Assembly (NCBI GenBank): GCA_000004985.1
Contig: GG738850.1
Reading direction: 5' to 3' (one strand)
From: Naegleria gruberi
Lineage: Eukaryota
DNA: 64,000 nucleotides
The position numbers and the translations under genes were made by a program. The notes under the pieces are model-generated. The model was given only the letters and a program-made list of their open reading frames with translations. It had not been told where the DNA came from and made no database searches. Of the stretch, positions 24,113 to 34,515 are shown one piece after another (the first letter of the stretch is position 1; each line of letters starts with the position of its first letter).

Positions 24113-24262
24113 TAATCAACTACAGTTTTGCTTGTTAAAAAAACAAAATAAATCCATTCATGGCAACCATCGTTGGTCTCTTTATTGTCATTTTGATTGT
24201 AAATAAAGGAATTAGAAGCCACTTGTAAAACTTGTGTACAACAAAGGAACTAGTTCTAGATA

Positions 24263-24765
24263 ATGGTGAGGTACTATGCTCACGTGATGAACCATGCACC
24301 AATGGACAAACTTGCTTATATATCTATGGTAAAGCTGGTGTTTGTGGTACTCCTAAAAAGGATGGAGAAACATGCTCCCACAAAGCATACTGTCTTCCTA
24401 ACAGGAAGTGATTCAGACACCAAATGCATGTCGATTGGTAAGATGGGAGAGTATTGTGACTCTCAAGCTGATTGTGTTGGAGGTTTGGAAATTCCATCTG
24501 GCTATTGTGAGAGTGGAATCTGCAAGGATTTTTCCACTCTGACAGGATGCTCTTCATGTACAAATGTTCATGTGGAGGCGATAAATGTGTTGATACATGT
24601 TTAGGACCACAAGCTGATGCTGAAATGTGTTTGTACAACATGGGAGCTGCCTATTTGGTGGGAGCTGACTATAGTTTCTCACTCATTCCAGGAATTTCTA
24701 CTTATCAGTGGTATGATGAAAAGTCTTCCCTATTCAAAATTGCAAACCTATTTCCAACATCATAA
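24263..24765 (+). other. Cysteine-rich mini-domain triplet split over three reading frames. Either a decayed gene or a small gene with unresolved tiny introns.
   Basis: Three similar modules: 'CTNGQTCLYIYGKAGVCGTPKKDGETCSHKAYC' (frame +2), 'CMSIGKMGEYCDSQADCVGGLEIPSGYCESGICKDF' (frame 0), and 'CSCGGDKCVDTCLGPQADAEMCLYNMGAAY' (third frame). Each frame ends in a stop after about 40-100 aa. Confidence 0.3.
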
Positions 24766-25096
24766 AAGCTGTATGAAGGCTAAATTGGCAGCAACAGGAA
24801 TTGTTGGTTTTGAATTTGGATAATGATGAGGGAGAACCATTGATGCCACTTCAACATATACTCCTGATCAGAAGGCTTCTAGTGCTGTTGTGCTTAGTGG
24901 TGAATTCATATTGTTCGCCTTGTTGTTATCATTGATCCTTGTTGGGTTTGATGAGAGCTACGAAGTTAACTTTGCCACATTTTTTTCTAATTATAATTAA
25001 AAATTAAATTTGAAAATATTTTATTCAAATAAAATTATTTTAATGTGTAACGGTTATGGCGGCAATTTTCTCCCCAACTTTCCTCTGTCGATGTAA

Positions 25097-26704
25097 TTAA
25101 TTTCTTGGAACTGTTGCTGCATCAACAGTAAATTCCAATGACTTTTCAGGTGTGAAATTACATCTGCAAACATTAACTCCCAAACAATCAGGATCTACAG
25201 CCTTTCCACAATTACAATCACAACCATCGTTGGCTCCCCAGAATGTTTTATCACATGTCCATTCAGATGGTGCTTCAGTATTCTCGTAGAGACAGTTTCC
25301 ACTTGTATGAGAGCATCCACTCACAAATTTTCCTCTCACATGTGGACAATTTTGGATACTACTCAATTGAACTAGATCACAATCTGGATCATAGGCTCCA
25401 CAATTACAATGACAAATCTTTCCATCAGAATATTCCTCATGTTTACATGTCCATGACTCTGGCACTGAAACATCATGCAAAAATCTCGATTTCTTTGATA
25501 AATTTTCAGAACTGTAATACTTTTCAGTATTCCACGATTCAATCAATACTGGTTCTGATGTGTTATATTGATATCTTTCAATGAGATAGGCAATTTCCTG
25601 ACCTATTGTCTCATCATGTCTATAATAAATTTTGATATAATCATTGGCTGATCCATCAATCCAAGAACCAGAATTAACATAGAGAAAATCAGGTCCCTTC
25701 TTACTTTTCAATTCCTTGACAAGTGGAATGTGAGTGTGACCTTGGAGAACAATCTTGTCCATGTGAGGATCAATGTTTCTATGCAAAATGTCATCATAAT
25801 TGTTACAACTGGCTCTGACCATATCGTCCACTTCCCCAGATGAATAATCCTCTCTGTATCTACTTCTTAAATAGGAATATTTCTGATTGGCTAACTCAAC
25901 TGTGACATCTACACTTGAACATTCTTCACAATTAGCCCAAAAACAGGCACCTTTGAATATTGTCGAGTCATTGTGTGGATATTCACCAAAGGCTTTCTCA
26001 ATAGCCGAAACTCCAAGAATTTCACCAACTGGACCACTTGCCAAACTTCCAATAAAGAATGGAACAAAATCACAAATTTTCTGGAAGAATTCAGGAGCTG
26101 AAGTAACACCACTTGTAATACTTGCTCTTGCAATGAAATATCCAAAAGATCTGATTTTATCTGGATGTGGAGCATTGAAAAAATCACTCTTGTGTCCATG
26201 TTCAAATCTCACTCCCATATCTCTGTATTCCTGACTTGTATAAATCATATCCAATCCATATTCATTTTGTAAAATATCCACATCATGTTCTGTGAGTTCC
26301 ATATCATGATTTCCTTGAGTGAGAATTAATTTTGCTCTATTAACATCTAGAACATTTTTCAATAATTTAAGAATTTTTGTAACATCAACTCCATAACGAT
26401 CTTTGCTTCTAATCAATTCAGAATTCTTGATTGGCATCTCATCAATGTGATCTAACCAAAATTCAAAAATATCACCATTAATCACAACATCCATCAAAGG
26501 AGGTCCCTCTCCTCTCACCTTTGAATTTGGTTGAGCCAAATCTTGCAGAAAATGTGTTAACAATTCATGAGAAGTTTTCGATTGAAACCAAGGTCCTCCG
26601 ATATGCAAATCACTCACAACAATTGTTTGCCTGTCAGCAATCACCAACACTGTCAAGCAAAAAATCGCAATCAAGAGTGAGTATAAAATATTCTTCCTCA
26701 TCAT
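25097..26704 (-). CDS. Secreted calcineurin-like metallophosphoesterase with a C-terminal Cys-rich repeat region.
   Basis: 535 aa. Signal peptide 'MMRKNILYSLLIAIFCLTVLVIA'. Motifs 'VVINGDIFEFW', 'LTQGNHDMEL', 'LQGHTHIPL' (GDxxD / GNHD / GHxH). C-terminal repeats 'WTCKHEEYSDGKICHCNCGAYDPDCD' and 'WTCDKTFWGANDGCDCNCGKAVDPDC'. Confidence 0.75.
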   Translation of the reverse strand: MMRKNILYSLLIAIFCLTVLVIADRQTIVVSDLHIGGPWFQSKTSHELLTHFLQDLAQPNSKVRGEGPPLMDVVINGDIFEFWLDHIDEMPIKNSELIRSKDRYGVDVTKILKLLKNVLDVNRAKLILTQGNHDMELTEHDVDILQNEYGLDMIYTSQEYRDMGVRFEHGHKSDFFNAPHPDKIRSFGYFIARASITSGVTSAPEFFQKICDFVPFFIGSLASGPVGEILGVSAIEKAFGEYPHNDSTIFKGACFWANCEECSSVDVTVELANQKYSYLRSRYREDYSSGEVDDMVRASCNNYDDILHRNIDPHMDKIVLQGHTHIPLVKELKSKKGPDFLYVNSGSWIDGSANDYIKIYYRHDETIGQEIAYLIERYQYNTSEPVLIESWNTEKYYSSENLSKKSRFLHDVSVPESWTCKHEEYSDGKICHCNCGAYDPDCDLVQLSSIQNCPHVRGKFVSGCSHTSGNCLYENTEAPSEWTCDKTFWGANDGCDCNCGKAVDPDCLGVNVCRCNFTPEKSLEFTVDAATVPRN

Positions 26705-26799
26705 GTGTTATTTTTTTTCAAATATTGAAAACGATCTTTTTTGGCGCCAAACTTGATAAATAATTGAACTTGGAACTCTGTGGCACAACTCAAAAAAAA
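26705..26799. promoter_or_regulatory. Putative bidirectional promoter shared by the two divergently transcribed metallophosphoesterase genes.
   Basis: A 95-bp A/T-rich spacer separates the head-to-head ATGs at 26704 (-) and 26800 (+). Inferred from geometry only. Confidence 0.3.
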
Positions 26800-27715
26800 A
26801 ATGTCATACACGATATCAACTTCCATGGCCAACACGCTCGAATGCTCCATTGACAACCTGCCCATGATGGAAAAACATCCACATCACAAACTCACCATCG
26901 TCCACATGAGCGATAGCCACATTTCTCATCAATTTTTAAAATCCATTCCTGATGGTGATATTTTCATTCATAGTGGTGATATTTCGCATAAGAGTGAATG
27001 GTATGATTGGCAACAGAAAATTGAGAAGGAATTGGAGAAAAATCCAAATTTAAATAGAGAGGAATTGTATGAGTCAACTCCGAGTATTAGTTCTTTTAAT
27101 GAATGGATTGGAGAATTACCTCATCCTATAAAGATTGTAATTGCTGGAAATCATGAGATGGGATTTAATGGATTAACGAGGAGTTTTATTAGGAAAAATA
27201 TACTTCCGAATGCGATTTATCTTCAGGATCAAACATTGATCATTAATTATAAAGGACAGGAATTGTTGAGATTATATGGAACACCTTGGACAACTAGCTC
27301 AAATATGGGATTCTCAATATCAAGACACAGAATTAAAGACAAGTGGGAGAAGATTCCAATGGAAACAGACGTTTTGATTACTCATTTGCCACCATTTGGT
27401 ATAATGGATCTTGCATCAGGGAAGGATCCAGCTTTTTTCTGTGATTACTGCAAAAAGGAACACAAATATAGAAAACATTGGGGTAATGTAGAGCTGAGGA
27501 ATAAGGCAATTGAATTAAATTCCAAAGGTTGCTTACAGGCCCATCTATATGGGCATGTTCATGAGTTTCATGGCACAACTGTTGAGCCAATTACAAAAGA
27601 TAGCTCACGACCACTCCTCTACTCAAATGCAGCATCTGTTGGCTCTCATACTGATAAGAATATTTTGAAACCTAATGTTATAGAGATTCTCCCACGCAAA
27701 TTACAATTAATATAG
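26800..27715 (+). CDS. Metallophosphoesterase-domain protein (MPPED/CSTP1-like), intracellular.
   Basis: 305 aa from the ATG at 26800 (aaaaaaaaaATGtca). Motifs 'LTIVHMSDSH', 'IFIHSGDISH', 'VIAGNHEMGF', 'ITHLPPFG', 'YGHVHEFHG'. Confidence 0.75.
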
Positions 27716-27888
27716 TTCAAAAGATTATGAAGGAATTAAAAGTGGAACAATTTTTTGTCATGCAATTCGAATGATAGCAATACGAGTTTAATTTTATGTA
27801 TGTTGTTTATTTACAATGTTAAAGAGAATGTATTATCGTATAATTGATATTCGAAAGTGAATGATGATGGAATAATGTGTTGATCTAA

Positions 27889-29271
27889 TTATTGAAAGTT
27901 TTCGTATTCTGAGCTGTCACTTTCACTTTCCTCCTCTTCTAGTTTGTCCAATGCCACAAAATAATGTTTCAATTCAGGTTCATTTCGTAACTCGTCTGAA
28001 GCATATTCAATTAGGAGAGGATGAATTCTAACAGCTTCTAATACGACCTCCTTATCAGATTGCAATCTATTCGAAACATATTCAAGTATTTCGTGTTTCT
28101 GCGATAACAACTCTAAAACGAATGGTTTGTCATCTTTCAATTCATCACATGCATATTTAAAGTTGCTACATTCAACTTTTACAATTTCTCTTATAATTTC
28201 CTTGTTAGAATTCAAACATTCTTTCAATCTCTCAGAAATATAGGAAAATATGTTGCATTTCTGTTCTAACAGCTCCAAAACGAATTCCTTATCAGATTTC
28301 AATTCATCAGCTGCATATTCAAATAGATATCCACACTTTTTAACTGATTTCTTAACAATATCCTTGTCAGATTTCAATCCATCTGACACGTATATGAATA
28401 TTGTTTGTTTCTGCTCTAACAGTTCCAAAACGAATGATTTATCATCCTTCAATTCATCACATGCATATGTAAAGTTGCAACTTTCAAGCTTAACAATTTT
28501 TCTTATAATTTCCTTGTTAGAATTCCAAGTTTTTTTCAATCTCTCAGAAATATAGGAAAATATGTTACGTTTCTGTTCTGTCAGCTCCAAAACAAATTGT
28601 TTGTCATCTTTCAATTCATCACTGGTATTTTCAAAGTTAACAAATCCAGCTTTTACAAATATCTTCTCGACTTCTAAAATGTCTTTGTGTGATCTCAGTT
28701 CTTGTGATCGATAATGGAGTAAAGACGGATCAGTGGTTTCTAATGGTAAATCACTTTCGAATTCTTTTGGAATAATCTCCACAAGTTTTATATTAAATCG
28801 AGGAGAGGAGATCAACTTTTGAAGGAGAGGTTCATAATTCCACAGCAAGAACACCTTTGCCATATTTAAAACCATATCAACCGAACACTTTTCCATCATT
28901 TTACAAAGAATTGAGAATGCAACCTCTCTATTAGCCATCAAAGTTGCATAATTCCAATTCAATTCACGATCAAGATAAGCTCTTCCACTAATCACGATCC
29001 TATCTGATGAATCAGATCTTGTACCGAAAGATTTGACATAGCTCATTGCCATGATCATGTCTTTTCTAGTGAGTCGTTTGGGGAATAATTTCTGTTGTAA
29101 TAAGATGGATTTGTAATTTTCATCTAGTAAGAGAATGAAAGTGGAAGGAGTTTTGGTATTTTGTACCAATGGAATGGTACTTGTGTTGTTGTTATTGTTG
29201 TGCATGAGAGTGGTTGTATTAGTAATATTGTTATTGTTGTTGTTTGAGATGAGAGTAGTTGAGTGTTTCAT
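27889..29271 (-). CDS. DUF4116-repeat protein with an N-terminal poly-Asn tract.
   Basis: 460 aa. At least 5 repeats of 'ELKDDK(E/S)FVLELLEQKxNIFxYxSxxLKxDKExV'. N-terminus 'LISNNNNNNITNTTT..HNNNNNTST'. A-rich start context. Confidence 0.6.
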   Translation of the reverse strand: MKHSTTLISNNNNNNITNTTTLMHNNNNNTSTIPLVQNTKTPSTFILLLDENYKSILLQQKLFPKRLTRKDMIMAMSYVKSFGTRSDSSDRIVISGRAYLDRELNWNYATLMANREVAFSILCKMMEKCSVDMVLNMAKVFLLWNYEPLLQKLISSPRFNIKLVEIIPKEFESDLPLETTDPSLLHYRSQELRSHKDILEVEKIFVKAGFVNFENTSDELKDDKQFVLELTEQKRNIFSYISERLKKTWNSNKEIIRKIVKLESCNFTYACDELKDDKSFVLELLEQKQTIFIYVSDGLKSDKDIVKKSVKKCGYLFEYAADELKSDKEFVLELLEQKCNIFSYISERLKECLNSNKEIIREIVKVECSNFKYACDELKDDKPFVLELLSQKHEILEYVSNRLQSDKEVVLEAVRIHPLLIEYASDELRNEPELKHYFVALDKLEEEESESDSSEYENFQ

Positions 29272-29425
29272 ATTTTTTTTGGTTATTTTTTTTTAAATCA
29301 ACAATTTTTTCGGTTTTTTATTGCATAAGAAAGCAAAACTTTTTGCTGGGAGCAAAAGAAAATCCAAATTGTAAAAATAGATTACATTGTATTCGAATAG
29401 AATCGATTCACCATTTATTTTTCAA

Positions 29426-30070
29426 TTAAATATGTTGATAATATTCTATTTGAAAGTGATGTTGATTATTTCCATAATTAATCGAATTGCTCAATTCCTT
29501 CTTTCTGTTGTTACAAATTGCACATGAAATTATTCCACAACAAACAAGAATAACAATAAGAATGACAACAACACTAACAACCAATCCACCACCTCCAAAG
29601 AATAAAACCATGAATATTGTTAATAAATCCCAAAAAGGGGTGTCAGGATTTGGATTTTCAGATTTGGCAACTGTCAAGGAGTACAATTCAATAAAGTCAC
29701 CTTTTTGACCTCCACCTTTTCCATACACACCAATGTAATAAGTTTGATTTAGTGTATTGCTAATGGAAAGAATGGAATCACTCTCTGTCAGTAAATAATC
29801 ATATTCGGTCAGGGATGGTTTCGAATTGACTTTAATATAAACATTGACGATGGATTCATTCCAATTAGTGAATGAAATGTTCACTACTTTTTGTGTTTCT
29901 TCCACATTGGTGTAATATTGATTCATTTGGCCTTTTACTACAAAGCTGGAAATAGTTTTGAGGTTTCCCTTAATTTCGTCCGGAGTTTGTGCATTGGTTG
30001 ACCAAGTTGTGAATGTCATCAGAATGACAAGAAGTATGAAGAAATTGTTGGCTTGGTTGTTGATGAACAT
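29426..30070 (-). CDS. Type I membrane protein (signal peptide, ectodomain, Gly/Cys-rich TM, short tail), hypothetical.
   Basis: ATG at 30070..30068 preceded by an A-run. 'MFINNQANNFFILLVILMTFTTWSTNAQ' is the signal peptide. TM 'LLTIFMVLFFGGGGLVVSVVVILIVILVCCGIISCAIC'. Confidence 0.5.
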   Translation of the reverse strand: MFINNQANNFFILLVILMTFTTWSTNAQTPDEIKGNLKTISSFVVKGQMNQYYTNVEETQKVVNISFTNWNESIVNVYIKVNSKPSLTEYDYLLTESDSILSISNTLNQTYYIGVYGKGGGQKGDFIELYSLTVAKSENPNPDTPFWDLLTIFMVLFFGGGGLVVSVVVILIVILVCCGIISCAICNNRKKELSNSINYGNNQHHFQIEYYQHI

Positions 30071-30434
30071 TCGCTTTTTTTTTCTTTGAATTTCGAATAA
30101 AACAATCAATGACCTTTTATTAAGTGCCCAATTGACTTGCCATAAGGAGTTTCACAGGAGGTATATTAGAATAACAATCACACAACTTTGTGACTGGGGT
30201 GCATTAACTTGGATTGTGTTTAGAACAAATTTCGAAACATTAACATTCCGCAATTTCAGCGCAGGTTACACATTGTTTGATGGACTAGAGATTTTCACCC
30301 TCATATCTTCCTCTATTCTTGAAAGCCATTAATTCCATACTGAAGAGAAAATAAAAATACACAATCCTAGTTTTAATTTCCGGGTTTACATGTAAACCTA
30401 TAAAAGCAAGTTTCAAAGTGGATCCAATTACAAA

Positions 30435-30506
30435 ATGTAACGGTAGTGTAGCGGTAACATTACAAACCTTTATTAACATGTCGAGGTATCGAATCTCGTT
30501 ACATTC
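30435..30506 (+). pseudogene. tRNA-like relic, probably a decayed tRNA gene or the tRNA-derived end of a mobile element.
   Basis: Perfect 7-bp terminal pairing ATGTAAC...GTTACAT. D-arm/A-box-like 'GTAGTGTAGCGGTAAC' and T-loop-like 'GGTATCGAATC'. The body is about 5 nt too short. No 5-bp anticodon stem, and the T-stem cannot pair. Confidence 0.3.
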
Positions 30507-30515
30507 AAAATTAAA

Positions 30516-32456
30516 ATGCCAACTTGTGTAACTTTTGTTTGTGTGTGTGGTAGTAAGTTAAATTCAAGACAAGCAAAATATAGGCATTTGAAGAAATGTT
30601 CTTATTTTGATAGAGCAAGACAATTTATTCGAATTACCATTCCCCAAACAACTCTATGTAAAATAATTGATCCACAAGTTTCGAATAATATTGCCACATT
30701 CGATTCTGATAAACCTGATCCACATGAAGCAGCATATATGAAGATGGGAAGAGCTGTTGTTGGTGTTATTAAAGACCTCCCAATTACCTCGCCTATCAGG
30801 AAGCCATTGATAGCCAAAATTTGCAAAACGGTTAGACCAAAGGATGCCAGAGAAATCTTGAATTTGGATGAATCAACAATCAGGAAAGCCAAGAAGAACA
30901 ATGATAATTCTATCCTCATGATGAAATGTAAGCCTAATTGTACAAGAGAGAAAATTACCAAGAAAGAAATTGATCAGATTCAAAGATTCTGGCTTGATTC
31001 GTGTCGTGTTTCATCTACAGAAGTTCTACAAACAACAAGAAAGAGAGGTGAAACACCTGCCATTACTGTTCCAAAATATTGGCAAGATCAACCTACATGT
31101 TGGATCTATAAACAATATGTTGATTATTGTGAGGAGAGAGTGTTGGTACAATTTTCAGTTGGTACGTTTGTCAAGTATAAGCCAAAGAATATTAGACCAT
31201 CCAAAAAGTTGGAAGGAGTATGTCCAATTTGTAAAGATTTCAATCAGAATGGCGAGAAGTACCAACAAGCTTCTGAATTATTACATCATGTAAGAATTAA
31301 TCCAGACTGTGAGTGTGAGAAGTGTCAACATTTTGCTAATTGCTCCAAGACAGAATTATTAGCACTTCAAAAGAAATATGATAAATACTTACTGCATGAT
31401 AAGCTGGTCAAAGATAAGGATCAATATTGGAAAAAGGTAAAGGCCGAACTAAAAGAAGATGAACTCATCGTTGTGATGGATTTTGCCAGTGGTTGGGAGG
31501 TTGTTGATAAAGCCGTAGAGACTACCAATGAATTCTTTGAAAAGTTTTACATCAAGGATATGATTGTAGTGGTAATCAGAAAATTGGGAGATGAATTCGA
31601 ATATTATTACATTGATATTCTAAATGACAATCATAATTCAGATCATCATTATGTAAGAGAATCATGGGAGTATTTGTTATCTAATGAGGAGATATTTGCT
31701 GGTAAATCAAAACTATTCCTGTTTTCAGATGGTGGCCCTGCTCATTACAAGACCTGTAAAACGGTTGTTATGGTTGGCGAAATGTCTCGTAAATTTGGTA
31801 TTCCTATTGAGTATAACTTCTTCCCATCACATCATGGAAAAGGACCTTGTGATGCACACACTGGAGTAGGTAAGAAGTTTATCAAAAACAAAGTACAAAG
31901 TAGACAAATTGAAGTGCAAACTCTTGATGATATTCAACAATTATTACAACAGCTCAAGAATACAAAAGTCATTCATCTGGAGGACATTGAAACATTTGAT
32001 GATTATAACGTGCAAAAGGTTGCTAATGTTAGATCATTCCATCAATATACTTACGAATTTGATTCTGAAGGTGAAATGGATCTGCTTTGCAAGATATCTT
32101 ATGAAGATGAGCATATAGAAGTCAAATCAGCAATATTGTTATCAAATTGTGGTGTGCAACTACAAGCAAATCATTGTCTATTCTGTAGAGAGGAGGGGCA
32201 TAATCACAGAGTGTGTGATTTGATGGCAGAAGAATATTTAAAAGAAGATTTTGATCCTTCTTATTACGATTTCCTCTCGCGAGAGAATGATTATCTTCCA
32301 GATAGAGAGGAGGACGAAGATGAAGAGGAATATTCATCCAGTGATGATGGTGAAGATGATACAGACAACGTTAGTGAAATTAGTATTGAAGTTGAACCTA
32401 CCAGAGAAAAAAGAAACAACCGTGGCAACAGATGTGCCTCATTTTCTATTAAATAA
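30516..32456 (+). CDS. Zinc-finger protein with a putative RNase-H-like (DDE/DDD) core and an acidic C-terminal tail. Candidate transposase or domesticated transposase.
   Basis: 646 aa. Zinc-finger-like motifs: N-terminal 'CVCGSKLNSRQAKYRHLKKC', central 'CPICKDF..HHVRINPDCECEKCQHF' (CxCxxCxH, SWIM-like), C-terminal 'CLFCREEGHNHRVC'. Candidate catalytic acidic residues sit in 'VVMDFASGWE', 'LFLFSDGGPAHYK' and 'FFPSHHGKGPCDAHTG'. The gene begins 9 bp after the tRNA-like relic and ends 146 bp before tRNA-Leu. Confidence 0.5.
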   Translation: MPTCVTFVCVCGSKLNSRQAKYRHLKKCSYFDRARQFIRITIPQTTLCKIIDPQVSNNIATFDSDKPDPHEAAYMKMGRAVVGVIKDLPITSPIRKPLIAKICKTVRPKDAREILNLDESTIRKAKKNNDNSILMMKCKPNCTREKITKKEIDQIQRFWLDSCRVSSTEVLQTTRKRGETPAITVPKYWQDQPTCWIYKQYVDYCEERVLVQFSVGTFVKYKPKNIRPSKKLEGVCPICKDFNQNGEKYQQASELLHHVRINPDCECEKCQHFANCSKTELLALQKKYDKYLLHDKLVKDKDQYWKKVKAELKEDELIVVMDFASGWEVVDKAVETTNEFFEKFYIKDMIVVVIRKLGDEFEYYYIDILNDNHNSDHHYVRESWEYLLSNEEIFAGKSKLFLFSDGGPAHYKTCKTVVMVGEMSRKFGIPIEYNFFPSHHGKGPCDAHTGVGKKFIKNKVQSRQIEVQTLDDIQQLLQQLKNTKVIHLEDIETFDDYNVQKVANVRSFHQYTYEFDSEGEMDLLCKISYEDEHIEVKSAILLSNCGVQLQANHCLFCREEGHNHRVCDLMAEEYLKEDFDPSYYDFLSRENDYLPDREEDEDEEEYSSSDDGEDDTDNVSEISIEVEPTREKRNNRGNRCASFSIK

Positions 32457-32602
32457 ACAATAAAACAGGATTGTTTATTTTTACTTTCTCGAAGTAATAT
32501 GATTTTGATTCATTTAATCTTACATTTAGCACTATGATTTATAGTGTTAATGCTGATGCAGAACCTGTTCAAAATTGTAATTTAAATAATTTGAATGTGA
32601 AG

Positions 32603-32682
32603 TAGGGGTTCCCGAGTGGTCAAAGGGGGTAGACTCAAGTTCTACTGCGCAAGCTTCGTGGGTTCAAATCCCACCTTCTGCA
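32603..32682 (+). tRNA. tRNA-Leu (anticodon CAA), class II with long variable arm.
   Basis: 'GTAGGGG tt CCC GAGTGGTCAAAG GGG GTAGA CTCAAGT TCTAC tgcgcaagcttc GTGGG TTCAAAT CCCAC CTTCTGC a'. Closely parallels eukaryotic tRNA-Leu(CAA) ('GCCGAGTGGTCTAAGG...GACTCAAGTTCTGG...GTGGGTTCGAATCCCAC'). Acceptor stem has three G-U pairs. Confidence 0.8.
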
Positions 32683-33275
32683 AATTTTGTTTTTGTTTTT
32701 TCTGATTGTCCAGTTTTAAATATTTTAATATTTTCTATTACCCATTGAAGTCTACTACAAGATAAAATTTGAATGGTAGTGTGATAATATATCTTCATGG
32801 AGAAAATAGCCTCAGACTGATTTGTTCCAATTGTCCCTCATTTTTATCCAAAAATATTTAACAAAACAAGTAATCTTTGAATTACTCTCCAATCACTGAT
32901 TTTCACAAAGTGATATTTCTACATTCTATCTACCATGCACCAATCTATCACCACACAAATTTTCTTTTTATCACCAACTTGCACAACAACATTATCCATT
33001 TTTCATTCACATCAAGTTTTAGGATAGGTGCTCAAAACGCACATTCCAAAACAACGCTCCTGCTTAGAACGTTAGAGGTTTTCTTCCTTTCCCACAGTTT
33101 TCTGAACGACCCAAGTTGAAGCGACAGAACAACGGAGCTGCCACCTTTCAAAAAAAAATAACAAACATGTCACTCTCTGTAACATCACCTAAAGGTTTGT
33201 GTTCTTCTTTTATTCAAATCCTCATCATTAAAAATACAAATCTCTCCCTTCAAAATAGTCATCATTATTTTATTA

Positions 33276-34446
33276 ATGATGATAATTAGCTGTTCATGTA
33301 ATTTGATTATTGACAGGAATCCGATAATCACTCCTGGAATGCCAAAAGTTTTGGCAGATAGATTACGATATCTAGAATCCATTAAAAAAGCCAAAGGTAT
33401 TAAAATTGCTAATGGATCAAAAGCAGCAACTAACGAATTTCCATTTATGGTATCTCTTCAGTATCAAGCAAGTAGTTCGAGCGTTCCTTATCATTTCTGT
33501 GGTGGATCAATTATTAATAAGCGATATATCATGACAGCAGGTAAGTTTTGATATGACTTTTGACATTTTTAACATTGTGAACTAGCTCACTGCATGTTCG
33601 ATGACACTAATGTAAAATTGACACCTTCTACCATTGTGGTTCTTGCAGGAGTCAACTATAACACCATTTCTACATCAAGTTTATCTGGAAATTACGCAAA
33701 AGGCAGCTCAATTACAGTTCATACAAGTTTCAGCTCGAAAACACTTGCAAATGACATTGCAATTATTTATTTAGATAGAGATTTGACAATTGATGGAACA
33801 ACTACACGTCTGGCTTACATTGAATCAGGTTCAGTTCCAATCCCAACTGCATCCTCAAAGATTCTCGTAGCTGGTTGGGGTTACACTGACTCAACTGAGG
33901 TTGCTTCTGAAAATTTGTTAAAAGTTAATATTCCAATTGTTTCTGATACGATCTGTAATTCATATCCATTGAGTTTGGATATGGCTAAACCAAGACAAAT
34001 ATGTGCTGGTGATGGTGCTGGTCACGATTCTTGTAAGTTGTTGATTTTTACAAAATTTAATTGTAAAATATTTTGAATTTATTACAATTATTGGAAATTG
34101 TTGGAAAATAGGTAGTGGTGATTCAGGAGGTCCATTGTTTAGAGTAGTCAATTCAAACACCAAGGACTTTGCAGTTGTTGGATTGGTAAGCTACGGACCT
34201 GATGGTTGTGGAACTGGATACGAAACTAACAGAGGTGTCTATACGAATACTACCTATTATTTGAATTCGTTTATTAGAAGTGTTGTTTCATCGGTTCAAA
34301 CTGATACCTACAATTCAAATTCAAGCTATGTCTATACCGGAACAAGTGGTGGTTCAACCAAATCTGATGCAAGTTTAGGATTTGATTTGAAGAGTTTCGT
34401 ATTTATTGTTGTAATGTGTTTGGGAATGATCTTTTATGCCTTGTAA
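33276..34446 (+). CDS. Trypsin-like (S1/chymotrypsin-family) serine protease with C-terminal hydrophobic anchor (GPI/TM). Three exons: join(33276..33540, 33586..34032, 34112..34446). The 5' start is uncertain.
   Basis: Mature N-terminus 'IANGSKAATNEFPFMVSL'. Catalytic His in 'TAAHC' (split by the 45-nt intron 33541-33585). Asp in 'DIAIIYL'. Ser in 'GDSGGP' (after the 79-nt intron 34033-34111). Both introns are GTAAGT...AG and phase-consistent. C-terminus 'FVFIVVMCLGMIFYAL'. An additional upstream exon is possible (acceptor 'ttgacag' at about 33320). Confidence 0.8.
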
Positions 34447-34515
34447 TATAATATCAATACAAATTTTTAGAATTTTATTGATTCCTATTCCAATTTGAAA
34501 TCTTTATGGAAATAT

